The notes: a model not told the origin generated them from the sequence alone. Numbered from the stretch's first letter, positions 37,248-50,009 are shown. The stretch: DNA of 64,000 nt from Polymyxa betae A26-41 (GCA_003693705.1 RBZT01000234.1:1-64000); one strand, 5' to 3'. Numbers and translations: made by a program.

Positions 37248-40200
37248 CTAATAACGGGATTCCAGCCATTGTAGCAGATCTACATATCGGCCGCTTTGTC
37301 TCACTGCAACAAAATCAGTTGAGGAATTGGAATGATCATGGTCATGGGACGTACACATGAGTTTTCCCTGTATGATCTGGATATAGAGCCGATCTCGACC
37401 CAATCGATAAATAAAATCATCCTCTCTAGCGATAGGAATCGTGACATTCATCTGCTGGAATCTCTGCTTCAGATGTTCAATGGCTCGATCAACTGTCTCT
37501 GCATTCTGCAACAGCAATCAGCACCAAACCAACACTGAATCATGATCTCGTAATCCTACAGCTCGTGATGGCGTCTTCCTCTCACCCTTCTTCGATCTCC
37601 TCGGATTTCTCGCTTCGCCTTTTCTCGTTCCGGGAACATTCCACTCGATTGGCTCCGTCACGACGCCTTCCTTCACAGCCGTATCCGTAGCAGACGACAA
37701 TCGCCGAATGAGATCATCGGCGATGGATTTCGCTGTTAGCCTCCTCTGCCTTTCTAGCTGTAGCTCCATATCATTGGCCTCAGCCTCAGCACTGGCCGCA
37801 TGCAGAGCCATCGCTAAACTTTCCAGCTGAGCACTGAGTTTCATTTTTTCCTGCGGTGGCGGCGGCGTCTCTATCAGCTCCGGCACCGGCGCGGACGTCG
37901 TCATCTGCGCCAGCTGTTCCAAGGCTTCGTCGCGCTCCTTCTCCACCGTATACAGAGTCAACGTTGTCATGCGCAGCTTCTCTTTGAGTTTGTTCATCTC
38001 GGATTCCAGACGACGAATCTCGGCGCCGAGATCGGGCTCCGGACTGGCGAGGAGATCGTCCTCGGTTCCCGCCAGCACCTGTAACGCCAATGGAGCCGCC
38101 GCCGCCGCCACATCGCTTCCGCCCTCCATCTATTCGATCTCTAATTGCAGATCGTTCGTGGTACCATCACCAATAAACAAATCCGAGAGCGTCCTGATTT
38201 ATTGCGATTCCCGAACCGGCGCCATCATGTCGCTGTATTTCGGCCAGCACGACGGCGATGGCGGCGATGGCGACGGGCGCCAGACCAGGCCGCGGGAGCG
38301 CTCGGTCAGCTCGCGGCGCAGGCGGTCGGCGTTCAGCTCGAAAACTGTCAGGTTCTCCTTCTCCGGATTCAGGAGGTGACAGTCGTCGTCGTACTGGCCC
38401 TGGATATCCTCGAGGCAGCACTGTGTGCGGACGGGGTCACGGATACCGCTGTATCTCCATTGAAGCAGGGCTCTGTATAGGTGACGGTGTTGATGACGTC
38501 GCAGACAGGCCCGGAGTGCGGCCCGACCACGCACTCGCCGCAGCCAGACCTGGAACACGGCTCGCACGCGATTCGGGTCGGATCGGATCACGGCCGCTCT
38601 CATCATGAAATAATCGCGCCTAAAGCAGCGGGTGAGATTAAGACCATTATCTCCAGGGCGTGATTGCAACATACATTGTCGTGAGATCGCTCAGCGTCAC
38701 CTGTAACGAATTCGTTTCGGCGTGTAACGTATCCAACTGGGACCGGAGCTGTCCCACGACCAGATCATGTCGATCTTGGGCCTGATTCAGTTCGATCTGT
38801 TTCTCTTCATTATACACAGCCAGACGTGTTAATAATCGATTTCTATCGGCTTGTAATCGTCTCATATCTTCTTCAATCTTATGACGATATTCATCCAGTT
38901 CACGACATCGACCATGCGCAGCCACCAACCCCTCGTACTGATCCCGTAACGTATCCGACTCACAGCTGGCCGCCGCCAGACGTCGCCGTAGCACCAGGCA
39001 CGCCCATCGCAACAGGTCATTGCGCCGGGCCAATACGACCCCGGTCTGGTGCCAGAGGCGGATCAGGTGCACGGGGCGGATCGGCGCCGGTGTCTGTGGA
39101 GGCGGCAGCGCCCGCCACCGCTGTAACGCAAGACCCAGGTGCCAGCGGGCGGCGTCCCGCACCCGGACCAGTACGGCGCGTTTCAATCGCCGACAGCGGG
39201 ACGCGTCCGCGTGCCAGGCCGAGACGATGCGGGCCTGCAGGTGCCGGACGCGCTCCTGACGGAGTCCGAAGAGTGCGCCGAGGCGGCAGCTTTGGGCGCC
39301 GCGTCTCTGCCATCCTGTGTGCGTATGATCGGATCAGAGCGAGCCCGGACCCCGGATTGGACCAGTACGTACGGCGGAAGTAGATTGCGCAGCGCTGATG
39401 ACGGGAACGTGCCATGACGAGTCCGCTCAGGAGGAGGTAGTACGACTGAATGAGGCTGGAGCCCAGTGACCAGCGGCGTAGGGCGAAACGTTGCTGTTGG
39501 CGTCGGGCCAGGGCCAGTACGCGCCGGATCCGTTCCCGGCGCTGTCCGTATGCTGCATGTGTCAGACGCCAGGCCCGCCACTATGAAACATAATCAGATT
39601 AGATGGTGAATGAAAAAGCATTATGTAACACACCGCATCAGTGATGGTGATGTAACGTGAACATCGCCGAGCTGTACGATTACGGACTGTAGCGTGTTTC
39701 CATCCGCATAGAACTTGTCTCTAATGTGTAATATATCAGATATTATGCAGATAGGAGATCACGGACATTGAATGGACCTTGATAGATGTAGCTCTATGTT
39801 TATGTGATTCCTGAATATGAAATCGTTCTGTACAGCGATCGGACTTATATGAACGCCATGAATAGAATGTATCTGTTAATAGTTGTATGATATGATGTGA
39901 TTCATGAGTAAGTTCAATATTCAATTGCATCAGGGCAGTATGACGTCTATCAGCGGCAGTCCACTGAAATCGTCTGCCGACCAATCAGTACATGAACCGA
40001 TTTCTTTCAGACGATTTTCAATCACATGAATGCAGCTCGAAGACAGCGCCATCTCTGTATCTGATCGATTCTCTCAAACAGGCTCTGAAACCTCCGCAGC
40101 TGACTGCAATAACGACGCCACGATCGTATCGCCATCGTCACCGACCTCCTCTGAGCATCATTCAGGCACTCGCAGAAACCAATACAAATGTTGCTTCGAC

Positions 40201-43200
40201 CTGGATCGTGCATCTGCATCGTATGAAGGCGCTCTGCACTAAATGCGTCCATTGTATGAAGGATCTCCATCGACCAACTCCGTGGTGAAGTCCATTGTGT
40301 CGACCGATCATCAGACTGCGTCTGACGGCATCTCTACACCAAGCCACCCCACCATCAGTCATGACAATCACCCCACAACCCCATATTCGTTACCGTTTCA
40401 GGCGGTCACGCTGTACACGCGCCGTCCAGGTCCGCAGCGACCGCAGCAGGACGCGGGCACGGAGTTCCCCGCACAGACCACGGCGCACACGATTCCTCTC
40501 CGTGATGATCCGCAGCGCCAGCAGGCCGCGCTCATACCACGCCAATCGCTGCCGTAACTCTACCAAGGGACCCCGTCAGCATCGGGGGCCAGTACGGCCA
40601 TAGGCGATCGACCGAACCGGATCGGGCGGAAACGCGAGCGAGTGCCGCCTGATGGGAGCGTTGACGAGCGCTGTCCTGGGCGCAGTGCGAAGACCAATGA
40701 TGTAACGCGGATTGTAACGCCCTGATTCGTTACACAGTGTTAACGTGACACCCAATGTGGTCCGTGAGCCGTACCGGAGTCGGGAACTTTCAGCCAGAAG
40801 CCGGACCGTGACCTGTAACGCACGGGCACCCGCCGATCGCAACTGACGACATTGGCTGCGGTGTTGTTCGACCTGGCACACGCGAGCTATGTAACGTTGC
40901 CTGCGTTACAACACGCATTAACGGTTACATTGTGCAGCGGGGTGAGTCCGGTACGACCGGCTTACCATCGATCGAACGCCGATCCAACTCGGGAGCGTCG
41001 AGCGATCCTCGACATAGTCTGCAAAATGTAACGTCGCCGACGACGTCGCCCGACGTAACGTCTCCATTCCTGAAACGTAAACGGCAATCATCAGTCAAAG
41101 TGACAGCAGCCTCACAAGAGGTTGTTTTACAAGAAACGCGTAACGTGACTTGACGTGTTCACAGACACGCCGGACGATTGTAACGTGATTCTGTACTTGA
41201 CGGTGATCGGACACGTAACTCTGCCAGTCATGCCACGCATGTCGGACGCGGCTCCGGACCCAGACCTTCACACATCGCGACAGACTGCGCAGTCTAGCAA
41301 CCCGGTGGGCGTACTGCCCCAGCCAGCACTGCAGCACGCGATACTTGATGTTACGAATACCACGACGTGATATTTGCTGGGCGGTGATATCGGCCTCTTT
41401 ATCGAGCTATAGCGTATGGTAAGTGATGGAAACCCTAAACCCTAAGGGTTTTACGTACATGCGCCTGACGGTTCCATTTCCTTAAAGTATGCAGTGCGTG
41501 ACGTCGCAGATGATGGCGAGAGACCCGGAATATCAAGCTGCGAATCATTGCGGTCTGGTAACGTCTGCTGCACCATCGCTGCAGCCAGCGCCGTTTCGCA
41601 GATAGCCGATGCGTGCGCGCTTGTTGTCGGTGTAGCTTGGCAGTCCGCCAACGCGACCAACTGGACATTACACGGCGCAAACGGATCCGGGTATCGAAAT
41701 GTGCCAGTGCCTGTGCAATAACGTTACAATGCTCAAGTCACGATAACGTTTCGCCAACTGCGAACCAGGGTCTGATAACGTAACCGGCGGTCCTCATCGA
41801 CGTAGCGTTGCCACAGATGTAACGCGATCGCTATGGCGCGTTGACGCTTGCGACGGACTGCACGACGGATCAGACGGAGACGTCGCGCTGAGCGTTGCCA
41901 CGTTCGCAAAGTCCGCGATACGAAACGACCTTGGTAACGAGAATCCAGGACAGCATCATGATGCCGTTCACTGTCACATTTCTGCCTGGTTCACAGTCAG
42001 TAAACCCTAACCCTAGAGCCCTAAGACCCTAATCCTACTTCCATTTCTGGAATGCCATACAGACACTGTATGTGTTCATCTTGGTCATACAGCGGCATAA
42101 TGCGCGACGGACATGTTGTCTGTCACGGACTCCGTCACGCCATTTTTGCAGCACACGTTTACGTAACAGGTACCGCACGCTACACAGCAATCAGCTCGGG
42201 CATCTTCACATATTGGTAACATTAACAGACCGTTCACGATACAGCTGCTGATGTTTCCGTCTTTGCACATATCGTCTCCAGGCCGATATCGTTCGCATAC
42301 AGATACGCAGGTCGTACACGCCCTGGGCCTTCTTCTCACCCAGTTCCTGCGCAACCACACACCTCAGCCTCTCTGTATTATTATTGCTACCACGGATCAG
42401 TATGACCTGGGTCATATCGAGCAGTTTGTTCTTGAGATAGGCGACGTACCAGCCCCGTACACAGTGACGCAGCCTGCGATGTCGTTGAAGTAGCGTTGAC
42501 CGCACCATACTACAGCGACTGTCAGAGAGGGCGGACTCCGTGACGGAGATGATGGATGGATCCCACCTTGTTCTGGTATGTTTCTGGATTCTGATGAATG
42601 ATCTCCAGCGGAGGAACGTGGATACTAAGGCCCGTAGACAGTATGCGGCCTGTGTCTGTAGTAGCCGAGGTAACATAAGATCCATGAATGACTCGATTGT
42701 TCGAGGTGGATTCTGTATCGGTACTGAATAGAGCAACGTGTTAAGTATGATCTGTAGAACTGCAGATATACGTTACCATTGGTGTATACGATACCGGACA
42801 TGGGACTGCGAGCTAATGATACGTTCTTCGATGCACAGGCCCGCTCAAGAAGCGGGATCGGAATCGTGATGGAAGATCGCGTGTTTTGATACCATGTACG
42901 TAACGTTTTCGATAACTGGACAGACTCAACATCAATCATCATGTGCTGTAACGTTAAAAACACGGAACGCAACGTAAAGCACCCGATCAAAAGCCCAGCC
43001 TCAATCAAACGCCATCGTTACCTGGCAATGAGTGATGCGTTTCACAAGATGGTGCAGTTGGAGACGACGGCGGTAACCCCACCTCCATCTGAACCAGTAA
43101 CGAAGCAGCCATCGTCTCTGTAACATCACTTCCTCGATCTGATCGATTTTATTCTGTAACCGATCCTGTCTCAATTGACGCCATTGAAAGGCCCATCGTC

Positions 43201-46200
43201 GCAGCCAGCGTCGTCGTCGTTCACGCTCAATATCATCGCGCTTCACACGACGACAACGCGCATATTGTTTCTGCATTTCCACTGAGATTGGGGGAGCGGG
43301 GTTGGCGGGGGCCGGTATTACCCAGCATCGGAAGGCGATCTGGGCGCGGTTCTGGAGACAATGCGATCGCAGACGTTGGAAAACGTTGGAGCGGCGGATG
43401 GCTGAACGCCATATTGTGAAGCCATCGCGAACCTGATCGAAATTGAACAACGCTTTCAACAATGTGAGAAACAATTTGTTTAAAAAAAAATACAAAAAGA
43501 CAGAAAAAATTCCATGAAAATGTGGACGACTTTGCCGTAGACCAGAATTCGGACCGCGTGATCCGCAAGGTAACGGAAGCGGTGGCCTTTCACAAGTGCG
43601 CGGCGCCACATGCACCAGCTGTAACGAATATACGATCTGCCAAATGGGTCGAATCACGTTTCATATCGTTGATCGGGTATCGTACCGGGTCCGTTTCCAG
43701 TTGGTGATGGCGTGTAACAGAGATGTAGCGTTAGACTCGTTATGATACAAGTTCCGATGCAGTAACGAGAGCCAGGCACGTAAACACCTAAGTCACTGTC
43801 AACTCCGTCCGTGATAACTGGAACCGAAAACCCTAGATAGCCGTAGGAGACAAATCCGGTGCAAACCAGGGTAACGTGTGCACATACTGTCTCTGGCGGT
43901 TATTTACGATACGTTCAGGGACGTAACGTATGCGAGTACGATGAGCCGCGTAGTTCCGCCACCAGTGTATAGCGTTACCAAGAGCCACATAGCGTGATCG
44001 CCGTGCGACAGCATTGGCGCAGATCTGATTGGTGGCGGACGTGCGTGTAACGAGATGCCACTGGCGCCAAGCGTAACGTAACTGACTGCGCAGGAACCGA
44101 CTCACAGTCCGTGAGGCCAATTCACGCTGACGACGCCGTCGTAACGTGATATGCAGCCAACGATACAGCAGCTGCTGTTTGCGATGATGTCGACGTTGCG
44201 CCTGAAACGTTACGGCGACTTGAACAGGGAGTGGCGATACGGCCTGCCAACGTAACATAACGATACGTAAGAGACGCGCTTGAACAGTCTGTCCGATTCG
44301 AGCGATGGAACGGGCCGCGTTGTGTTGCGCTGTAGCGATCCGGCGCCAGTGCCGTAACGTAGAATGTAACGCCATGCGCACATAGCGTTGTAACAGCCGC
44401 TGACAGAGCGGTCCACGTCGAACATGATGACGCCACTGTCTCCATACGTTACAGACATTGCGCTGTTGGTCATGTAACATAACCGCGTGCACCTTCCAGA
44501 TACCCATCTGTAACATAATCAGCACGATTCCAAACGTCTCACGGTAACGTAAGCAGGTCAATCGGAACGTCAAATATGCCAACAGACGATTTCATCCAGC
44601 GTCGATGATGGTCACGAAAAAACGAAAACCAGAAACGTTAGCACAGGGACTCACCTGAAGTCTGCGGTGTTGTATCTGTTTCGTTACAGCTGCATATGCA
44701 GTCCAGTGCCTCCATGCATTGCGGACCCTATCTGCCTGAGCTCGACACTAACGTAAACATAGGGGCAGGAGGTTAGTACCGAGCCGAGGTTAAAGAGTGA
44801 CCTACCAGTGCCGCAACCAAACGCTTAGTACAGGCAACACGTTTCTCACGTAACGTGGCCCACTGCTGTAACATTCGTTCCCGGAGACGGGTCGACGAGC
44901 TGAAATTCAGGGCGATCTCGGTAGCGCGACGAGCTTGCGTCTGTATACCGACATGAGTAACGTTATAATAATGGCTTGGTTGTAACGTTACATTGGACTG
45001 GAGTTGAGCCCAGACATATTTCAGTCTTTCCAGTCGGACATGTAACAGCCGATAACAGATCAGCTGACGAGCTCGATGTCGGGCTGCAGTCCAGCGGCTC
45101 CCTGCGGACGTAACATCAAGGTTACGTTACGTGCAACATTACGGCCACGTTACAGGCATGGAATGCGGACACTACTGTACGCTGCCTCCATCGCACGATA
45201 ATCTCACGGCGACGCTGACGCAATCGCCGGATACACGTTACCCATTTCTTGAGTAACAGAATCCCAGACCGGCGTGCGCACCGTCGATCGATGCGACCTG
45301 CGTCATGGTGGTCAGGCTGGCCCCTATAGCGCGGGTAACGTGAATGCGGCCTGATATGTACCTAGTATCGTGTGCAGAGTCGATTTGCGCTGTCGGCTGC
45401 TCTGGACGTATTGGCGCCATCGCTGGAAACATGATCGTCGCGAATGTAACGTATTGGAGCATAACGACATCCATCGGGACAGTACAGCTATATGGGACAA
45501 TCAGTTCCACAGCAATGACTGCAACGTAAGTGATTGAAATTCGGAACGGAAAGATCCAACAATAGGCCAGGTAGCAAAACTATGATATTATGTTTCAACT
45601 GGAATAAACGTTACCGTGAATGAGATTTGGTGGTCTTTGTCCACGTCTCCATAAACGTAACGTGTGTCTTATAGTGAATGTGATCATGATATGACCGACC
45701 CGATTCCATAATCTTCTCATATAGATAGATCTCCTCATACTTAATAGACAGGATCGTAAAATCCGTCTCCGTCCATGATGTTCACTGCGTTCTTCACATC
45801 GCTGCTCGCTGCATTGGACAGCACGCCAATGCGACAGAGCGGCACGCATTCGGACGTAAATGTCACGGCGCAGGATACGTCGAAGTAGGTGGCGCCGATC
45901 TCGATGTAGTTGCCTCCATGCTTGTAATGCCAATCGCTGCCTGTATCGGCGTCGTAATCTGGCAGCCAGATACTCCGCCCCTATTCATGTTAGGGTTTTG
46001 AGGGTTTAGGGTTTAGGGTTTCTCACCTCGATATGCTAGGCCACCGAGCCGCCATTTTCGCCATGCTATCCTAAGACGAACAGTACAACCGAGCTGGATT
46101 GATCGTTGTACGGCCTCCGTGCATTGTCGCCGTCGTACTAGCCGCTGATGCCAACGCAGGAACGTTGCACAGCCCAGCTGCTGGCGATGACGACGCAGCG

Positions 46201-46954
46201 ATTCGGTCTGACGGCGAACGCAGCCGACGCTGTACGCCAGCCATTGCCGAATCGCCGACCGCGATCGGTGCAGTACGACTCGGCGTAGACGTACCAGCCC
46301 GGCCCTGGTCCGCAGCCTGGATCTGAACACCGAACGCCACCCCGAGAGAGCCCGCTGACGGCGGCGGCGATCAACCAGCTGGAAAACGGCGTGCTCAAGA
46401 TGCTGACCGTACTGCCCCTGCTCCTGACGAACATATCGCCGCCACTGCTGCAGGTAACAGCGCTCCGTGCTAATGGTCGACGTGTGCTGCAACAGAGCAT
46501 GACGCCGTACTGTCCCGAATGCTTGGCGCAGGGCAGCGGCCCGCGTAATGCGGACAGCGCGCTGCAGCCGCCTCCGCAACAGACGACGTTGCGTGGTCTG
46601 CAACCGCCATGTTTGGACGGTACGACTCAATCGGACCCGGCGGCATTGCTGACGGAATCGGCGCGTTTCTCGCCGGCGGTCCTGACAAGCGCGCCATGCG
46701 TGGAACGCTCGTCGCCGCCTCTGTTGCTGCCGATGTCGAGCGACGAAATCGCCGGCGAACGCATCGGCGTCATCCTGGTTGAGGAAGACGGCTCGTGCAG
46801 CGGCCATGATGATGGGTGATAGAAGCCCCCGATGCAGAGCTGACGCTAATGCAGCCTGTGCAGCATACCATCGGTCCAGATGAGATGCTTGATGTAACAG
46901 ATTGTGTCGCAGAACGGCCACCAGATTGGCATCGGAGTCGCCAGCTGGGGCCAT
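37248..46954 (-). CDS. Giant Sfi1-repeat (centrin-binding-like) protein with coiled coil and C-terminal GAS2/GAR-like domain; many exons
   Basis: Dozens of Arg-rich repeats ending in (F/L/W)xxW(R/K/H), e.g. RRAFHAWRA, SRTVQTWRL, CYLQQWRRY, STFLRWRSF, RYAWRQWHL, LALQRWRAL. Coiled coil near 38700-38950 and 37700-38030. Terminal IAREDDFIYRLGRDRLYIQIIQGKLM-VRQSGRYVDLLQWL resembles GAS2. Single-gene continuity checked only at some junctions. Confidence 0.7.
41407..41458 (-). repeat. Intron containing telomere-type repeats in both orientations
   Basis: Minus strand: GTACGTAAAACCCTTAGGGTTTAGGGTTTCC...CTATAG. Confidence 0.7.
41986..42038 (-). repeat. Intron largely made of degenerate TTAGGG repeats
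   Basis: Minus strand: GTAGGATTAGGGTCTTAGGGCTCTAGGGTTAGGGTTTACTGAC...CCAG. Confidence 0.75.
45981..46026 (-). repeat. 46-nt intron made almost entirely of (AAACCCT)n
   Basis: Minus strand: GTGAGAAACCCTAAACCCTAAACCCTCAAAACCCTAACATGAATAG. Confidence 0.8.
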
Positions 46955-47172
46955 ACTGCCCCCTTCCCAGGTTGTCGGATTTGTGGGTCTCAACAGCAAT
47001 GTTCTGTGCCGAGTATGAAACCTTGCAACATCTGGTCTGGTTGCCGTTTTTTCTCTTTTTTTCAAAAAAATTCGATTATAACGATATCAGTTAATCCATT
47101 ATTGTAAACGTTGTTAGGCATGTTTTTATGTGTGTTTTGACAAAACGTCGAAGTTTGAAGGGTGGATGGGAT

Positions 47173-47846
47173 CTAAAGCCAAATGGAAGGGTACTTCTTC
47201 CTCCTGAACTTTTCAAATACGATCGTGAATACGATCAGAATACAGGACCCTATGATAAGCGGGAACATCAGATAGAAGAACGAGACCATTGACAACGGTT
47301 GATGAGCTATTATATAGGCTGTAGCACCACCAGGTGGATAGGAGATTCCAATCACCTAACAAATCACAAATCAATATTTCCTCTCTCTACAATTCCATCC
47401 CGAAAAATCACAGCGATATTTGAAAACAGCGAAATTTCAACATCATTTCGCATCGCTGGGAAATGTTCGCTTAAGGAAATCTGCTCGTGCAGACGGATCA
47501 CCTTCATGAGCATTGTGCTAACAGCAACGGACAACGATGAACGAATCCATGTTGATGATGGCGCTGGCAATGCATAGGCGAAGGCAGAGGCGGTGACCGC
47601 TGACAAGACCTGCCCGCCAATCACATGTCGAGGGATGGCGGCCACCGACGTCGGAATCGCATACATGATGACGACGGCGGCGCCGAACGACCCGTTCAGC
47701 CATGGGAAGTTGGTGGCGACGGTCAGACCTTCGAGGACGATGAAGGTGACGAACGGACCCAGGAACGAATTCAGAATGTGGCGGGGATAGGGCGGGCGCC
47801 ACGATCGGGACACCCACGTCTCCCGCTCTGCTTTCACCGAGAACAT
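47173..47846 (-). CDS. HPP-family integral membrane protein (2 exons)
   Basis: GSFGAAVVIMYAIPTSVAAIPRHVIGGQVLSA, SLSVAVSTMLM, and SYPPGGATAYI at the HPP(GGATAL) motif position. Confidence 0.85.
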
Positions 47847-48133
47847 TACAGATGAACCCAGCCTCCGATCATAGATTTCGACAACGTCGATGAAAAGAGC
47901 CCAGCGAAGGTTAATCAGTCTCTCGTGATATGGGTCAAATCTGGAATCAGTTTTTATTATAAAGTCGTTGGTGACTCTGAAAATGAAACTTTTTATTGGA
48001 TTAAAATCGACTTTGAAATTTATTACTGCATATTATAGAGAGAAATTTGAAGTGAGACGATCGAGCGCTTATAGAGAAGAAACCGTCATCGTGGGTGCAG
48101 TGTTTGCTGACAGACAACATCATAGTTAGTCCG

Positions 48134-49991
48134 ATGTTCTTATGGAGGCTGGGGCGGCGACGGCGTCCGTTCTGCAGGTTCCTGTCGGTCGTGGCCAAGG
48201 ACAACCAGCAGCGCTATGATCTGGTCGTGATCGGGTCGGGGCCGGCCGGCCAGAAATGTGCCATCAATGCTGCGAAGATGAACAAGCGGGTGGCCATCGT
48301 CGATAGCGGCGTCATGATGGGAGGCGTCTGCGTCCATAAAGGCACAATCCCGAGCAAGACGTTTCGGGAAGCGATTCTGTATCTAACGGGATACAGACAG
48401 CGAGGTTTCTATGGCCGAGACCATCAGGAACGGGAACGAATCGATTTCTATGATGTAAGTCCTGTCTAACAAATTCGTTCAAGCTGTCTGTAAATCTTGT
48501 TCAAATAACCTTTATTATGAATGCAGCAGTTGAATGGTTTGTGCTGTAGATTATGGAGCGAGTGAAGAAGGTTGAAGGATGGGAGACCGAAGTCATCGTC
48601 TCGCAGCTGCAGCGAAATAACGTGACGGTGACGCGAGGCCTGGCGTCGTTTATCGATGCCAATCGCATCCAGGTTCAGCATGATCCCAGAGAGGCTGCTG
48701 AAGGAGTTGTTCATGATTCGGTACGTTTTCTGCTGCTTTTTACCTCGTTGTAATGGCTTAGCTGGTTGTCTCTTGTGTTTCATGCAAAATCTGAATCATC
48801 TCCGTCCAGAGCATGATAGAATTTGATTACGCTATGGTAGCTACCGGAACATTTCCTGCCGGATCGCCATTATATCCCTTCGACAGCAAATACGTTTTCG
48901 ATTCGGACTCGATCCTGAGCGTAACAGCCGGAAATGTTCCTAAGAATATGATCGTCGTTGGTAGTGGCGTCATTGCTCTAGAATACGCCTCAATGTTCAA
49001 TGCATTACCTGGGTTGGTTGCGATGCTTCTCCCATCTTTATCGCAGAAGCGTTCGTGTTCGTGGAACAATGCGTATTGACGTCCTTTCAGATCGCGGGTG
49101 ACGATCATCGACAAAGCTGCTCAATTTTTGAGTTTCGCAGATCAGGAAGTCTTGGACGTTCTTCGCGATAGCATGCGTGGGAACGGAGCAACTTTTAGGT
49201 TGGGCGAAACCGTCACCAAAGTCGAGGTTCGCGAAGGTCGCGTCCATGTCTGGCTGGAATCTGGAAAGATAGTCAAAGGCGACGCGCTGCTATACGCTGT
49301 GGGCCGTCAAGGGAATACTGCCAATCTGAATCTGGAAGCAATCGGCATTGAACCAAACAATCGCGGTCTGATTCCAGTGAACCAGCAATATCAAACCAGC
49401 GTCCCGAACATCTATGCTGCTGGAGATGTAATTGGGTTCCCTGCACTGGCGTCGGTGTCGATGGAGCAGGGTCGAATCGCATCCAATCACATGTTCAAAA
49501 TGCCAATCGAGAGCAGCATCAACTTGTTCCCGTACGGGATCTACACGATTCCTGAAATATCCATGGTTGGCGCTAGTGAACGTGATCTAACACATAAACG
49601 GATCCCTTATGAGACCGGCGTTGCCAAGTTCGATGAGCTGGCTAAAGGGCAGATGTTGGGGCTCAAGCATGGGTTTCTGAAGATTCTCTTTTGCCCCAAC
49701 ACCAGAAAATTGCTCGGTGTCCACGTTATTGGTAAATTTGCTTTCTTTGTTGATTGTCGCGTAGTCTATGCCTGACCTAAAGACAGGTGAAAACGCCACA
49801 GAAATCATCCACATTGGGCAAACTGTATTAACGATGGGCGGAACTATTGATTATTTCAGAGACCACGTGTTCAATTTTCCTTCTTTCACTCAGGTAGAGA
49901 TGCCTAGATGCAAATTAAGGCTTAGCAGAATCACGACCCTCTGTAATAGGCATACCGGGACGCCGCTTTGGACGGAATACGAAGGCTCTAA
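48134..49991 (+). CDS. sthA: Soluble (Si-specific) NAD(P)+ transhydrogenase with mitochondrial-type presequence, multi-exon
   Basis: [32 protein letters not shown] (Thr in place of the second redox Cys, diagnostic of Sth), [64 protein letters not shown]. Confidence 0.92.
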
Positions 49992-50009
49992 TACAATACT
50001 TCGTCTCGG

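Noticed and set aside
43827-43836. AAAACCCTA as a fourth telomeric intron
   Set aside because: A single unit straddling an intron 3' AG and the next exon; probably chance.
38145-46819. Many + strand ORFs opposite the Sfi1 gene
   Set aside because: Antisense shadows of GC-rich coding exons with no domain signal.
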